Shown here in pieces: positions 12,799-27,674 of a stretch of 64,000 bases of DNA; position 1 is the first letter of the stretch, and each line of letters starts with the position of its first letter. The notes beneath the pieces are model-generated. The model worked only from the letters and a program-made list of their open reading frames with translations, was not told the origin of the DNA and searched no databases. Source of the DNA: Octopus vulgaris (Eukaryota); contig OX597815.1 in assembly GCA_951406725.2 (NCBI GenBank), positions 33,046,001-33,110,000 of the forward strand. The letters are read 5' to 3'. The position numbers were made by a program, and so were the translations under genes.

Positions 12799-14761
12799 TA
12801 AAAATTCTTTATTTCTCATTTATAGTACAAAATAGAAGATGAAATTAAAAATATATCCAAAGATGCACATAATGTATTAAACAGAATGAAGAAAAGAGAC
12901 AATACAATAGTAATACCGGCATACATTGAAATACAACTTTTAAAATACGCCTTATTAACATAGCTGCACCCTTGGTGTCACAGAAGACAGACTTTAAATA
13001 ATTGATCTTTGATTACTTTAATATAATTTCATCTCTTTAACTCGCGCATTGCTGGTCTTCTTAAATAAAAATAAATACTATCAAAAACACAATATTTTGA
13101 CTCCCAATTTTATTTTTTCAAAGCGACTTTGCTCTAAACAAACTTATGTTGGAGTCTTCTGTATCCCACATCGGACGGTTATATCTGACTAAAGTAGTGT
13201 ACTTTAACATCTATATGGTTACGAAAGGGAAGTACAACGAAAACTGTAACCAGTTCACACAAACTCTTTTCTTCATCTCCTTTATATAGAAAATAGTTAT
13301 AGTGTCTTAATAATTAAGATAGCAAGCAGAAAAGGCAGGGAGTACATTTAATCGACAATCTTATCGTTATTGTTATTTAATTGTCAGCAGAAAAGCATTC
13401 TGTTCAAAAGATGATATAATACATCCACATCCCAAGTTTTCCTCTTTCAGAGTTTATATTAAATCCATTTGTACTCGTGTACAAATTTCGCACTGCTCAC
13501 GCTTATCTTCTCACTTGATTACTATCATTCTTGAATTTAATTATAGTCAATGCTCATTATCAGAAATTTTCAAAATAACAAAAGCAAATGAATGAGTGCA
13601 ATAACTTTAATGACATGCTTTAATGACAACAGAGAGTGAAACGGTTACAAAACAGGTTTTAAATAAAGCATCAAGATTCCACAAAGACCAACAATGGTGT
13701 CTGAGTAATACATTTCCTTCTCTTTATAGTCGAGATTTTGTAAAGGAAGAGAAATGGTAATGGTCCATTACTGAGGTAAATAATAAATAAAACGTCATTA
13801 CGACACTCCCCTGGTTCTGTAATTTCTGTTGCTGACGTAAGTAAATAACTGAGGCATATAAGAATTGTAAAAGAGTTGATGTAGATTTTGTGCTTATTCG
13901 AATAATATGCAGTTATGTAAATCTTAATGTTCATGAATTCCCGAAAGGTATTAGTTGATAACATGAAGCAAAATCAATAAAGAATTCAACTAAACATACT
14001 GATCTGAGTTTAATGAGAGGGTGCTTCTTGAAATTTAGTACTCGTTTTAATAAAAGCAGGATCTCAGGTTCAAAGTACATATATACATATATAAAATATG
14101 ATGGCAAATTCAAAAGAAAAATATTAGAATATAATTTTAAGTGGAAGGTTGTTTAATTGTTGTTATATACAAATATAATATATAAGACACAAAAAGATAC
14201 CACTTACAAATTTCGATTTGGAAATACATTCGGGACCTCGAATTTACTGGGTTAAATGTAATAAATTGCACGCACTTCAACATATTTACATTTGGCACAC
14301 ATTTGGATGTACATGCATATGCATACAAACAGCTGAAGAGTATAAAATAAGTACATGTATATACACGTATTAAAACATATGCATATGTACACTTACGCCG
14401 AAGCATATAAATCCACACTTGAAATGATAACCATGCACGCACACATTAATACATTTGCAGACATATAGACATACGTACATGCATACACGCACACATACAT
14501 ATATACATACATACATACATACATACATACATACATACATACATACATACATACATACATACATACGTACATACATACAAATATATGATATATGTATATA
14601 TATATGGATATATGTGTATGTGTGTATACACGTATGTATATATACATATATATATGCGTATATAAACATGAACATATATATATATATACACACATAAACA
14701 CATACACATACACATATGTAGATATATATATATATATAAATATATCTACACACATATATAC

Positions 14762-14801
<40 letters not shown>

Positions 14802-14805
14802 GCAC

Positions 14806-15430
<625 letters not shown>

Positions 15431-15736
15431 TATAAATATCATTGGGCTGATACAAACCTACAAGCTCATTAGGTCAGAGTTTATTCCATAGTTTGCATGG
15501 CAACCAGGGGGTACATTACTCCCCCACTGTACAGAACTCCAATCAATCATGGGGCTATCTTCTAGCTGTTATAGGGAAATAATTTCACTTGAGAGGGGTG
15601 AAGTAACGTGAAATGATTTGCTCAGAAACATAACATACCACCCAGTCTGGAAACTGAAATCACGACCCTACACTCAGGAATTTAATGTCCTAACTAGTAG
15701 GCCACGTACCCTCACCAAATATACATATAAAAGTTT

Positions 15737-15779
<43 letters not shown>

Positions 15780-16289
15780 AATATTCATACCTATCTACCA
15801 TGACTCTCGACTCGTTAATCGAGTATGGTTTTTCCAACTATCGATACTGTCAGAACACATACAATGGACACTAAGCTAGTTAAAAGTAGCAACACATAAC
15901 CACTCAAGTATTATGCGAAAATACATTAATGTTAAATCAGTTAGTTATGTTTGCAGTAAAATTATTGTTATATACAAACAATAAAATGTTTAATTAAAAT
16001 TAAATAAAAAATTATTTACCTGTAAAAATTAATAAGTAACAGTTATATACAAATTTGATTCAAATCCATTGATAAGAAAATGTTTACAGTTAGAGAATTA
16101 CAAGTTGGTCAGGTATTGTCTATATGTTATGCGACCAGAAATAACTCCTAGGTTTATTAAGAAATTTATAATTTTTTCCACACAGACGACATGAAAACGC
16201 TTGATTTAGTTGTGAAAATCGATGCAAATTGCTATTGTGATATTTCATGTGCCTAGTCAACCCAAATTTACTTCTGCAGATCTTATTAG

Positions 16290-17740
16290 TTCAATAGATT
16301 GTAACTGTGAATAATCAGCAGAGAAGACCTAAATACATGATTACGCTTATGACTAACTAGTCCATCATGGCATAAACAAATAAAGTTGCGGGTATCATAA
16401 GAAAGAAGAAAAGGACCATTGGCCACAAGCAATCCCTTCCCTGTCTTACTTTTGTCACAGCATGCTTCCACTTGTTATCTTCAAACAATGCAGTATCTTA
16501 ACGGATTTTACTTCTCCTTTTTCGCCGATCCATTTCATCACTCTCCCAGCTTACATACATCATTTCAAAGTTCTTCAGTGAAATATTTATTGAATCTTTG
16601 AAACACATTTTTTTTTGCATTGAGGTATCTTTGCTTCTTTTATCTGACCACATAATAGTTATTTAGGCATGCATTGATCAAATTCCTTCATAAGATGGCC
16701 AGAACGCTCGACTACTTCAGTATCCTGTATCTTGCACACCCATTTCGTCTCACGTGAGCAGATGGGTTGAAAGCACACACACCCTATACACTGTAACCTT
16801 TGTGTTCCCAGTAATATCTCTATTAGACTAAGCATATCCTTCCTTTCAAAATTCTTGAAAGCGTGAAACGGTTCGCTATTTCATAGTCTAACGAAGTCAA
16901 CTCACTTCCAAGATAGACATATTCGTCCATAACATTCAATTTTGGCTGGAAGCTGTTTGAAACAGCAACAGTTTTATGTAAATTTATTGTAAACCCAAAT
17001 AAATTTAGATAAAGTTTACAGGATTTATCAATTTAAGCATTAGGTGCTGTGTGTCACTGATTGAACAGGTTACCAAGTCACAGCCATCTGCATGCAATAA
17101 ATCTCTTATTAAAGAGGTAAACGTTTTTGTTTTCCCTGAAAACCTTTCCAAATTAAATAATCTACTGATTACCTTTCCAAATTAACTAACCTACCGGTGC
17201 TTCTGTAATGAATATATACACCCTCCCTGCAACCTTTGAATGTACTTTCAAGTGCAAAGGAAAAATTTGGAGAAAATAAAGACACACTGATTTTATTTTC
17301 TCTAAACTTTCTCCAGACCTCATGTTTATGAAACGTACAGAGCAGCAAGCTTACGTAAAACTTCCAATTATATGTGCCTATCCAGTGTCAAAGGCCACTG
17401 TCAAATCATTAAAGCTCTGGACTAAATATAGATTCTGATTACGAGATTTTTCTTGCGCCTGACATGTAGAAAACATCATACACATGGCCCCGTATTTGAT
17501 CTAAAATCACATTAAGATTGTGAAAGAACATTCAGTGAAATCTTATCGTTTTATCGTGCAAAGAGAAGCCCAATAAATATTTTTCCCGCAGGAGATAAGG
17601 ATATGATTCCTCTTGAATATTTATACTCATCACCCGCTCTTATCCCCTTATAAATGGGAATTATAACACAATCACACCAAGCGTTTGGTACTGCTCCTAT
17701 CTGGTGATTCCATCTATTCCTGGCTCTTTAAACCTATACA
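16290..17740 (-). mobile_element. Old, degraded RTE-clade LINE (RT region)
   Basis: Minus-strand remnants read as PGIDGI, VIIPIYKG..RGII..AGKIF, DLTVAFDT, LLHADGCDL and YVYLGS. Many stops and indels. Confidence 0.7.
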
Positions 17741-17889
17741 ATTAAAGGAATATTATTCAGTTTATAGATGATTAACATATGCTGAAAATTGGAGTCGATA
17801 TCACCATTGACATTAGAATTTCGGATTAATAAATTAGAAAAGTTTCCTTCTATCGTTTTACAATAGCTTCCATTGATATAAAGAATAAA

Positions 17890-18935
17890 AAAGAAATGTA
17901 AGGGAGGTGAGTAGTTCTGGATTTGGTGCAATTAGGGTAGATATAAATCTGTAATGTGAATGATGTATGGGATGTATGGGGGTTAGTGGTATTAATTGAA
18001 ATATTAGTAGTGTTCTGTATTATGTTATGTGTTGATATTGAGTTGGGGAAGATATTTACTGATGAAAGTTGCCTTTTTTTTCATACTTTGTTGTGCTGAG
18101 GTGTTCGGTGAACATTGATAGAAGGGGAAAATTAGGAAATTAGGATTAAGATCCCTAGCACACCTTTCTATGTGTTCACTAACCTGTATTTGTCTGTATT
18201 GTGGGTGGCGGATTTGTTCTTTGTAGAGAGTGGTTCTTCAACGGAGTGATATTCCTGTTTGGCCAATATAATTAATACCACACCCTAAGCATGTAATGGC
18301 ATAGATTAGAGTTTCCGAGGCACAGGTGAAATTTGATTTGATCTTAAATATTTCACCTTGTTTAAAGTGGAATTCTGAACCCTCCAAAAGGTGGGGGCAT
18401 GTACCACAGTTAGGTCGATCACATTTTTTCACTTTTGATTCTGTTGTTAATGGATATAGTCTTGCGCTGGTTAATATTTTTTTCAGTGATTTAGGTTGCA
18501 TTTTGCTTTTGATAATTTTGTATGAGCTTAAAATTTTGTTCATTGTTTTATCTCCTGTGAGGATGGGAAGATATTGGGTGATAATGTTGAAGGTTTCGTT
18601 GTTTCTAGGGTTATGTGTGAAGATGTACGGGAGTATTTTAAGTCTGGTTCAGTATTTCGGTTGACTTCCCTTAATGTTCGTATATCTATTTTCATAGCAC
18701 GTTTAATGCTATCATTTATTAATGATATTGGGTAATGTCTTTTGATTAGTATTGATCTGAGTTCAAGGAGTCTTCGTTCACGAGTATAATTGTCCAAAAC
18801 TATGGTATAGATTCTTTTCGCTAGATTATAAGGTATATTAATTTTTATGTGCTTGGGGTGGCATGAGTTGAATGATATGTACTGTTTAGAATCTGTGGGT
18901 TTATAAAAGATATCTGTTTCGATGTGGTTATTGAC
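17890..18935 (-). mobile_element. 5'-truncated Penelope-like element, Neptune-type (RT thumb plus GIY-YIG endonuclease), frameshifted
   Basis: TDIFYKPTDSKQY..SCHPKH..IPYNLAKRI, linker CDRPNCGTC, LIYAITCLGCGINYIGQTG, SEHIERC and C-terminal YLPQLN. Abuts (TA)n near 18945. Confidence 0.88.
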
Positions 18936-18944
18936 TATTTTAAG

Positions 18945-19004
<60 letters not shown>

Positions 19005-19335
19005 CTATGTATATATATATATATAACTCGAGGATACAACAGTCGGAGAAAGAGAGTAGGATGTATCAGGTCTACCACGGTTCTTATTTTCAACTGAGAA
19101 AGTGAAGCAACGTGAAATTGTGTGCCTCGCTGAAAGACAAAATGCACTCACACTTCCAAGAATCGAACTCACAACCTTTACGATCGTAATTCCAATACTC
19201 TAATCACTAGGCTATGTGTCTTTACATACATACTTTCATATGTAATGATGCACACACACTTGTTCCCTGAAATGACGCGTACACTGACTGCATGAGTGTC
19301 ACTTTATCTGCGCGCACACAATTATGCACACATGC

Positions 19336-19455
19336 ACACACGCAACGTGAACACACGCAACGTGCACACACGCAACGTGCACACACGCAACGTGCACACA
19401 CGCAACGTGCACACACGCAACGTGCACACACGCAACGTGCACACACGCACACGTG
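19336..19455. repeat. 15-bp minisatellite (cgcaacgtgcacaca) x about 7
   Basis: Directly visible; gives the HTQRA repeat in the ORF track. Confidence 0.9.
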
Positions 19456-20508
19456 CACACACGCACACACATACATATGTACACACTAACCAATACAGAA
19501 AACCTCAAAATCCATGACCTTTTTTAATTACAACAAAAAAGCCTTGTCACTTTGTTATTGAGCGCCTACAAGGGAAAAGCTTAAATATATCCCAAAGATA
19601 AAGTACATGCATACATACATACATAAATACATACATACATACATACATACATACATACATACATTTGAACATTGGCATCTCTTCAAAGAACATCGGTAGT
19701 CTTGTATAACATGGCAGGTAAACATGATAAAAATTAAACCACTTCACTGCAAAAGATGTGCACTGACAAACTAACTAGAGACCATGCTGATAATAACTTA
19801 AAGCGTACCGTAGAGAACAGGCAAATATTTAACAGCTCACTTTGAAGAATACCTCAAAACAATTCAAGAGTAGGGAGGCCTCTTCAAATGTATTTTACTT
19901 CAAATACAAATAATAAATAAATAAATAAATAAACAACAACAGCAGCAACAACAACAACAACAACAAAAACAACAACAACAACAACAATTATAAATAACCC
20001 TGCTCACAACAAATATAGATTCTGCAGAAATCAAAATCTGAAGAATTTATCCACGTAATTTGTTTTATAGTTTCGACAGAGGTAGAATATTGGTGTCCAT
20101 AAACTTTACAGGATCTCTGTGACTATAGAAGGTAAAAAGAAAGGCTTATTTCACTACTGTAGGAAGTAGTGTATCAAGATATTGAGTTATTTATCCTCTG
20201 ATCTGGTCCGGATGTTTGCAACAGAGTTGACGCTGCTACATCTATGCAAGAGCCGAGTTGCGTTAAACTGAACGACAGATTAGGTAAATGTAATTGCCGG
20301 CTTTGTGAACATTTTCTCAAGATTGTATTTCCCGATATGATTTTATGTGGTCATGAGAGAACAATCTGAAACAAAACCAGAAAGAAACAAATGACAATAA
20401 ACCAGTGGAAAATAAAACAAGGGATTAGTAGATCAAGAGGATTGTGGAGACATAGAAGGACTTGAAAACAATATGGTTAATAAATAAAATCGGAACAGGT
20501 TTCGTATT

Positions 20509-20746
20509 CAATAATAAATCTCTGAACGAGGTATAAACAGTAACTGCACGACAATGTAAGCTATACTTGCCATCTCAATATGGCTAACCACTAAGGGTGA
20601 GTATTACTGTAGCTGGTAGCCCCAGGAGAACATCGTCTCCAGAAAGTGTGCCTAAAGCCAGCTGGAGACGATGTTCTCCTGGGGCTACCAGCTACAGTAA
20701 CACCCACCCTTAGTGGTTAGCCATATTGAGATGGCAAGTATACCTC
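20509..20746. repeat. 238-bp insertion containing an 81-bp-arm hairpin, flanked by a 14-bp target-site duplication
   Basis: Arms 20562-20642 and 20662-20742 (2 mismatches). acaggtttcgtatt at 20495-20508 and 20747-20760. Confidence 0.9.
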
Positions 20747-20851
20747 ACAGGTTTCGTATTGTTATCGAAAGATCCTAAAATAAATTACTGCCTAGTTGAT
20801 CAATGTGGTGCAACATAAAAAACAAAAAACAAAGAAAAAAACCTGGCAAAT

Positions 20852-21175
20852 AATTACCCTGCGCGTGTAAGCGAAAGCAGGATATTGTAGTCGATCGTCT
20901 TTGTGTGCTTGCAAAATTACTGGAGAACGACTGAATGGATTTTCACCAAATCTGTCAGAAATACTCATTGGATGAGTGACTCGAGAGCATTAAATTTTGG
21001 TTTGGTGAATCAAAATGATTTTTTTTTTGTTACATATGCATAAACGATAAACAAGGGAAATAACTATTGATGTCATTTTGTTGAAATATGAATTCGTCTG
21101 AGATAATTAAATTAAATTTTATCTTAACCTTGTGTGCGTGTAGGGTATGCATCGCTCCTCCGATGCCTTCCCCCC
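20852..21175 (+). mobile_element. Possible Helentron-associated (HINE/DINE-like) non-autonomous element
   Basis: Short subterminal inverted repeat taccctgcgcg / cgtgtagggta, body motif gaatggattttcaccaaa, small 3' hairpin gcatcg..cgatgc. Confidence 0.4.
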
Positions 21176-21259
21176 TTCTTTTCGTTTACAACTGCATTCC
21201 CCAAAACATACTTTTATCCTTCTGCCAATTTTATTAATACAAGATATTTACAAACAGGT

Positions 21260-21465
21260 TTTTTTATTTACTTGTTTCGGTTATTAGACTGCATCCATCC
21301 TGGGGAACCGTCTTGAAGAATTTTTAGTCCAATGAATCGGCTCTAGTATTTATATTTTGTTAAGCTTGGTACTTATTCTATCGGTCTCTTTATTGCTGAA
21401 CCACTATGCTGCGGAGATGTACACACACCAGCACTAAGTTGTCAAGTGGTGGTGGGAGACAAACA

Positions 21466-21512
<47 letters not shown>

Positions 21513-21660
21513 ACGACGGGCTTCTTTCAGTTTCCGCCTACCAAATTTACTCAAAAGACTTTGGTCGGCCTGAGGCTTTAGTAGAAGACACTTTCCCAAT
21601 GTGCCACTTTCCCAATGTGGTTGGGAAGCAAGCTTCTTCCCACACAACCACGCCTGCACC
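21260..21660 (-). mobile_element. CORE-like SINE with internal (CA)n
   Basis: Same head and tail as 14806-15430 and 63662-64000. Confidence 0.8.
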
Positions 21661-24600
21661 TGAGCGCGGAGAAAGCGCGCAGATCCACAGTTTCCGTGCC
21701 TTACACATGATTCTCCCATCTAGGATTATAAAAATCTGAAAGAACATAGAAGCTTAGCAGGTAAAGGTTTTGGAAAGGATGTTGGAAAGTACAATATGCT
21801 ATGTTATAATTATTTGTTTTCCTTGTACAACTTTCATAGTAGGGAAGTGGCCTGTCAGAATCAAACATTAAACTATCAAACAAGAAGGCGCATATATACT
21901 AACATCATTGCACGAAAAGAATATTAGTGGCAGTTTCACAAGATTACATACAATTGGTGACCTCTTAGTAACGTTTTAAATAAAATAAGTAGAATGAAGT
22001 GAGTTAAGTTGATAATAAATTATGATTTGAGCTTATTATTCACTGAAATAACACAATACATTAATTGCTTAATATAACGAATAGGAGGATATTGGTTTTA
22101 AAAGAAGAAAACACACACACACACACACACACACATACACTTTATAATTCAGTTTTGCTATAATAGGACAAATAACCATTCATTAGAATTCAATACAATT
22201 GCTATCACTTGTCCACTAACTCTGTTTGTGTAGTAGTTCTCCTTTCATCTAGACTCCCATATAAACAACGACAAAGTAGAGAACAAACGAAATATCAAAT
22301 AATGACAAGAACAAGAACAGCATTATCTGTCAGTCTGTCTGTCCGTCCGTTCGTTCATCCATCCATCCATCCATCCTTCCAAACAAGTTTATATTTGTAA
22401 CTGGATTTATTCAATTAAACACAAAGGTTTTGATATGCAAATAATTACGGAGGCTTTCGCATAAAGTTTCCAAATATTTCAAAAGAAATATTTTATTTGA
22501 AGCGAAATTATATTTTAGTTAATTAGTTTATTTAAAAATATTTTATTTCAAATAAAATATATTATTTGAAATCACAGGAGCATCCTTCAGAACAATGGAT
22601 TTGATTTGCTCAGAGCTATCAGTAGGAAATGTAAAACGACATTCACTCTAGCTATCTCCTTGTAGGAAATTCAAATATTGAGTCTATATTTAGATTATCC
22701 AATTTAATTCTCACAGTATTTCATTGATATTAATATATCCTTTGATGAATGTGATAAGCAAACTTCCCTTCAAAATTTTGCTTCAATATATAGAAGAAAC
22801 ACTTCTGCCGAGGTTAACTTCGCCTTTCATCCTTTCGGGGTCAATAAAATAAGTACCAGTTGAACACTGATAATCGACTTACCCACTCCCAACAAAATTG
22901 CTGGCCTTGTGTCATTATTTGAGACCAATATATAGAGGGAATTAACCGCATATATTCGAATCTGGTCAGAGAGGTACTGTTTTACTTCTTCATCGCTGTA
23001 AAGGCAGTTACTTGTCGCCACTTCATTGCACATATCGGTAGATAATTCACATGGACAAACCCAGTATATCAATGTAAACTACTGCTGCTCTGCATAACAG
23101 CGACTATCGTATTAACTTGCACATCTAGGATTAACTTATTTCAAGGAAAGCTTTTGAATACCACCAGTAACCACAACGATAATGGTACCCCGAAGGATTT
23201 TCATGGTCTTTGACGCTATTCAATGGTTACACATTCTTCTGAAACTGAAAACACTTCAGTAGTTACACTGGCATTCGAATTTCTTGAATATTGTTTTCTT
23301 CCGTGCGTAAATCCAAACGTACTTCGTACAACAACACATTCATACATATACTCATACAAACACATACATATTTACATAAATACCCACAGACACAAACTTA
23401 CTCAAACACGCATACACACGCACACGCACATATTTGAAGTTACACAGTTTTGACTCTTTAAAAGATCATGCTATTTTACTTTGAATAGTTTTTAGAAGAA
23501 AGTTGTCTACTTACTAAAATGAAAGTTATGTTAATATTTATATTGACATAACATTTGCATAGCTCTGCCAATAATAAGAACATTACTATTCACAGTACAA
23601 GCTGAAAGTTTTGAAAGTCTGTCTTGTGATGAAATTGATTTGATTTCTAAAGTCTGTTTTAACTCTAGCTGAACGACGTTACAAAATTACACAAGACAGG
23701 AGACTTAAACTAATTAGAGGAATTCTCTGAGTATTTCTTTTTCTATTCCACTAACAATTGAACTAAAACAATATAAATACAAACTTGATATATTTAGTTA
23801 AAACTTCGCACGTCATGAGTATACATTAGCCAACGCAGTACAAGTAATCTTCCGACAAGCCGAACCCGAGACGTGGTTTTGTTTTCAAGTGAGGTTAATT
23901 GTATTTACGCTTATTAACGAAGTAAATGTTATGTAGCCAAACCCCTCTCAAATTCCCCATTTCTTCCTCAGTAATCTTACAACTACATGCACTCAGTCAT
24001 CAAACTCTAAAACTATTCCAGTTACTCTAGCCCAGGTGTTTCTCTCATCATTTCCAACAAGTGCTCACATGAGACAGCTTCCATTCCTGCGAAATTTATT
24101 TAAATCAATTGATACATACAATAGCGCAATACATTCCTAAAAAAAGTCACCCATTTTAATTCTGTTAAGTACAGACTGTCATAGATTTCAACTAAAGGAA
24201 ACAATTATAAATAATTGCCTCTTTTATTATATTCTTCCTTCATTAGCATTTGTCAGCGTGATTCCTACAGACACAGTTGTGCAGAAGGTATGCTTTCAAC
24301 TCCCTCCATTAAGGATTTCAGCGAAATTAACGTAATTGTTCTCGGCTCAAGAATCTCCTAGCTAAGATGCGCACCGACAGCTTCCATGTCTCTCGCTTTT
24401 GGATCAGACGTTTTCCGTCAGAACGTTCCGTGGCATTTTGAATACACGGAGATCACTCTGTATCACGTTTTATAGGTATACTTCGGGATTAAATTACATC
24501 TTTAATGGCCTTCTTTCTCTACATTACTTGATGCTATTTCTAATAACACATCCTCCTGTCCAGATGTTCCGCAAATCAATCATCTTTGACTATCCACACA

Positions 24601-26520
24601 TAGGTGTCATCTACTCTGAATCTTGTGCCTGACTGACATCGCTTCCATGAGTAGTGACTTTGAAATGATCCCCAATGAAATTATTTAGCCTTATTCAACG
24701 GCTCCAAAATATCATTACTTCTCATATAAAGGAAATAATCACAAAACTACAACACCTTCAAATTCATTAGAAATATTACGTCTTATAATCCGATGTTATT
24801 TAACGGTAACTATGTCTTTATAATCTACTAAAACTCTTATTTAAATGCTATACTTCCTCTTTAGGTCCAAAAACCCTTTCATTCCTGACTAATTGTTGAT
24901 TATACAAAACCCAGAGCACTCAGTTTTCTTGGATGATGTGTGCAACAACTACACATAAAAAAATTCTAATATGCAATCATAAAAGCAATCGGTCTAACCG
25001 GTAAAGATCAATTACAATCATTGGCACATTGTTTCCTATCACCTCTCCTACTGTCACTGTCACATTTTTGCTTCTGGAAGCTGTGTACTATTTATGTCAA
25101 AGGCTACTCGGTGCAACCGTCTCTCATCATCACTTCATCTTTAAAGTTTTTGCTCAGTTTTTTTACCCAGAGTTGCAGTCCCAGAATTTCCTCACTTTAT
25201 CCTCGAAATGAAAACTGAACATGACCGAACCATCCTTTGAATTTGTGAGTTCTGCCAAAATCACATATGCAACCTTTCCACATGGAGCTAAATAAGGGAA
25301 AATGCATAACCATTAAACGTTCTTCGTTAAATGTGAGACATTTTGCCTATGTATGAAGCAACTATATTTCGAGGGCTCTAATAAGTATATTATAGTATAA
25401 CTCAATGAATTTATTACATTTTCCCTATAAGTGAAGTTAAATTTCTTGGTCTTTTGTTTTGCCCCATTCCAATAATTGCGACATTATTCCTAATCATGAA
25501 TAAAAATAATTCACTGAAACTTATGATCCATCGCGTTAAGATATTTTAGTGGAATGTTACGTTAATATCATTGACAATATTATAAAAAAAAGTCATCGTT
25601 ACAAATATTATTCACACACACACACACGTTTGCAAATGTGAGGGTTTTTATATAGTTAGTCGACTTGCATGATACAGCAGCCAAATCTCTTTCAAATCAA
25701 CCAAGATTACGCGTTATAAATATGAAAACAGAATCTTGACTAGGACGTTGTTTGTAGTGAAGTCATTTAAGTAAAAGCAAATGAAATAGAATATTGTTTT
25801 TAAATAAACTTTTTTCGATGAACGATATTAAAAAATTATTTATAGACTTTCACTGAGAAAGTTGCTCTCAATTTTAATAATCTTAATAAGCGCTTAACTA
25901 TAACATATTTTTCTGAAAATGAAAACAGAGTTAAAGTTAATAGCTTTTCAAAAATTCTGTATTTAAACTGAAAATATTTTATACTAAAATTAGTATTTTA
26001 AGCAGACATACATTTTAAATTAGTAAGTAAAGCGCGAGTTCGAAGTAGTATTATTTGAAATGGAGCAAAATAGGCACCTGAGAGTGAGAGGCGAAGTTTT
26101 CAAAGCTATGATTGCAACACAGTTTTCATTCAAAATATTTAAATTCCATAATGGGCCAGATATAACAACTTAGGAGGGTCAAAAGAAAAGCAATTTCATC
26201 TCACCGGGTTCTGAGATCGATTCCTGCCATTGTTAACGTTTGTCTTTGTCTCTCCGGGGTTAGAAAAATATTCACTTGCAATGTGATCGTTTCTTACATC
26301 ATGGTAAGGCCATAGATTTTATAAAGAAAGGTTGTAGCCAGTTCGATCAAGTTTTAATATATTATTAACCTACTTCGTCGACCTCAAATGATATTTGTAA
26401 GCCAACGAATCACATGCCTATTTTACAATGCTGTTACACCATTAAATATAGTTAATATAGCTGTGGTAATTACAGTGCATCGTTGACAGAATGTGACCCA
26501 CTATCGTAGTAGCTAACAGC

Positions 26521-27530
26521 TATGAAGAAAAAGAAGAAATAACGAAAGCTATAAAACAACTGAAATCCAAACTAAAAGTGGAACAGCAACGTATCACGAT
26601 AAAACGATGGAAAAAAGAACCTTCACAGCAAATACTGGGCTAAACTAAACAGAAAAAAAATAGACAAAGCAAAGTCCCAATAATGGCCGAGAAACTCAGG
26701 ACTCAAAGCAGAAACTGAAGGATTTTTAATTGCAGCACAAGATCAAAGGCTTTCTATCAGAAATCTCCCAAAACACGTAATGAAGAGAAATACAAGTAAC
26801 TGCAGAACATGTGGTGATGGAGAAAAAATAATGAATCGTATTGTCTCTGATAATGAAAAGAAACATAACATGTAACAACATGTAACCGCAGAATACGTGG
26901 AGATGGACAAGAAGCAATAAATAATATAGTCTCTGGCTGCCCAGTCCTGGCTAAGAAGGAATATATTCACAGACACGACAGAGTTGGGACCTATATATAC
27001 CGGAAGCTATGCCGACACTATGGATTAACAACAGAGAAAAAGATGGTATAAGCACACACCAGAAATGGTCGCAGAAAATGAGAATGTAACGATACTCTGG
27101 TATATGCCAATACACACAGATAGAGAAATTAAGGCTAAAACGCCGGATATAGTTGTCAGAGATTTAAAAAATACTTTCTAATTGATGTATCAATACCAAC
27201 AGAAACGAAGAAACTTTCAAAATACAAAGAGCTGGAATTAGAGGTAATTCGAATGTGGAGTCTAAAAGCACAACCAATTCCTATCATAGTAGGTGTATTA
27301 GGTATGATAAAAAATATCCAGGCAAATACATAACCAAAACGCCAGGACTAACAAATATATATATAACATACAGAAAATAACGCTTCTTCGGCACCGCACA
27401 CATCCCACGTAAAACACTTTCAATACAGTAAAAATAACAGCATCATAACAAATCACAGCACACACCGAAGGCACAGAGCTGCGCTCGGTTGTGCAGTGAA
27501 AAAACATGATAAAAATAATACTACTGAATA
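26521..27530 (+). mobile_element. R4/Dong-type non-LTR retrotransposon 3' fragment, degraded, with duplicated zinc-knuckle segment
   Basis: Homologous to 28320-29277: GLKAETEGFLIAAQDQ, RHDRV, PDIVV. Ends in AAT-rich repeats. Confidence 0.85.
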
Positions 27531-27674
27531 ATGATGGTGATAATGATAATAATACTAGTAATAATGAAAACTTGTGGACACCTAAAGTTACGGGTAATAA
27601 CCAGCTACCCACATAATTCCTACCTGGAATAAGACAGAATCTGAGTCAAACCATAATAATAATAATAATAATAA

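Noticed and set aside
19336-19455. CRISPR-like array
   Set aside because: Contiguous tandem units with no unique spacers, in a eukaryotic context.
24390-24720. Very old RTE-like remnant on the minus strand
   Set aside because: Only a faint LLHGSDV-like trace across frameshifts; too weak to annotate.
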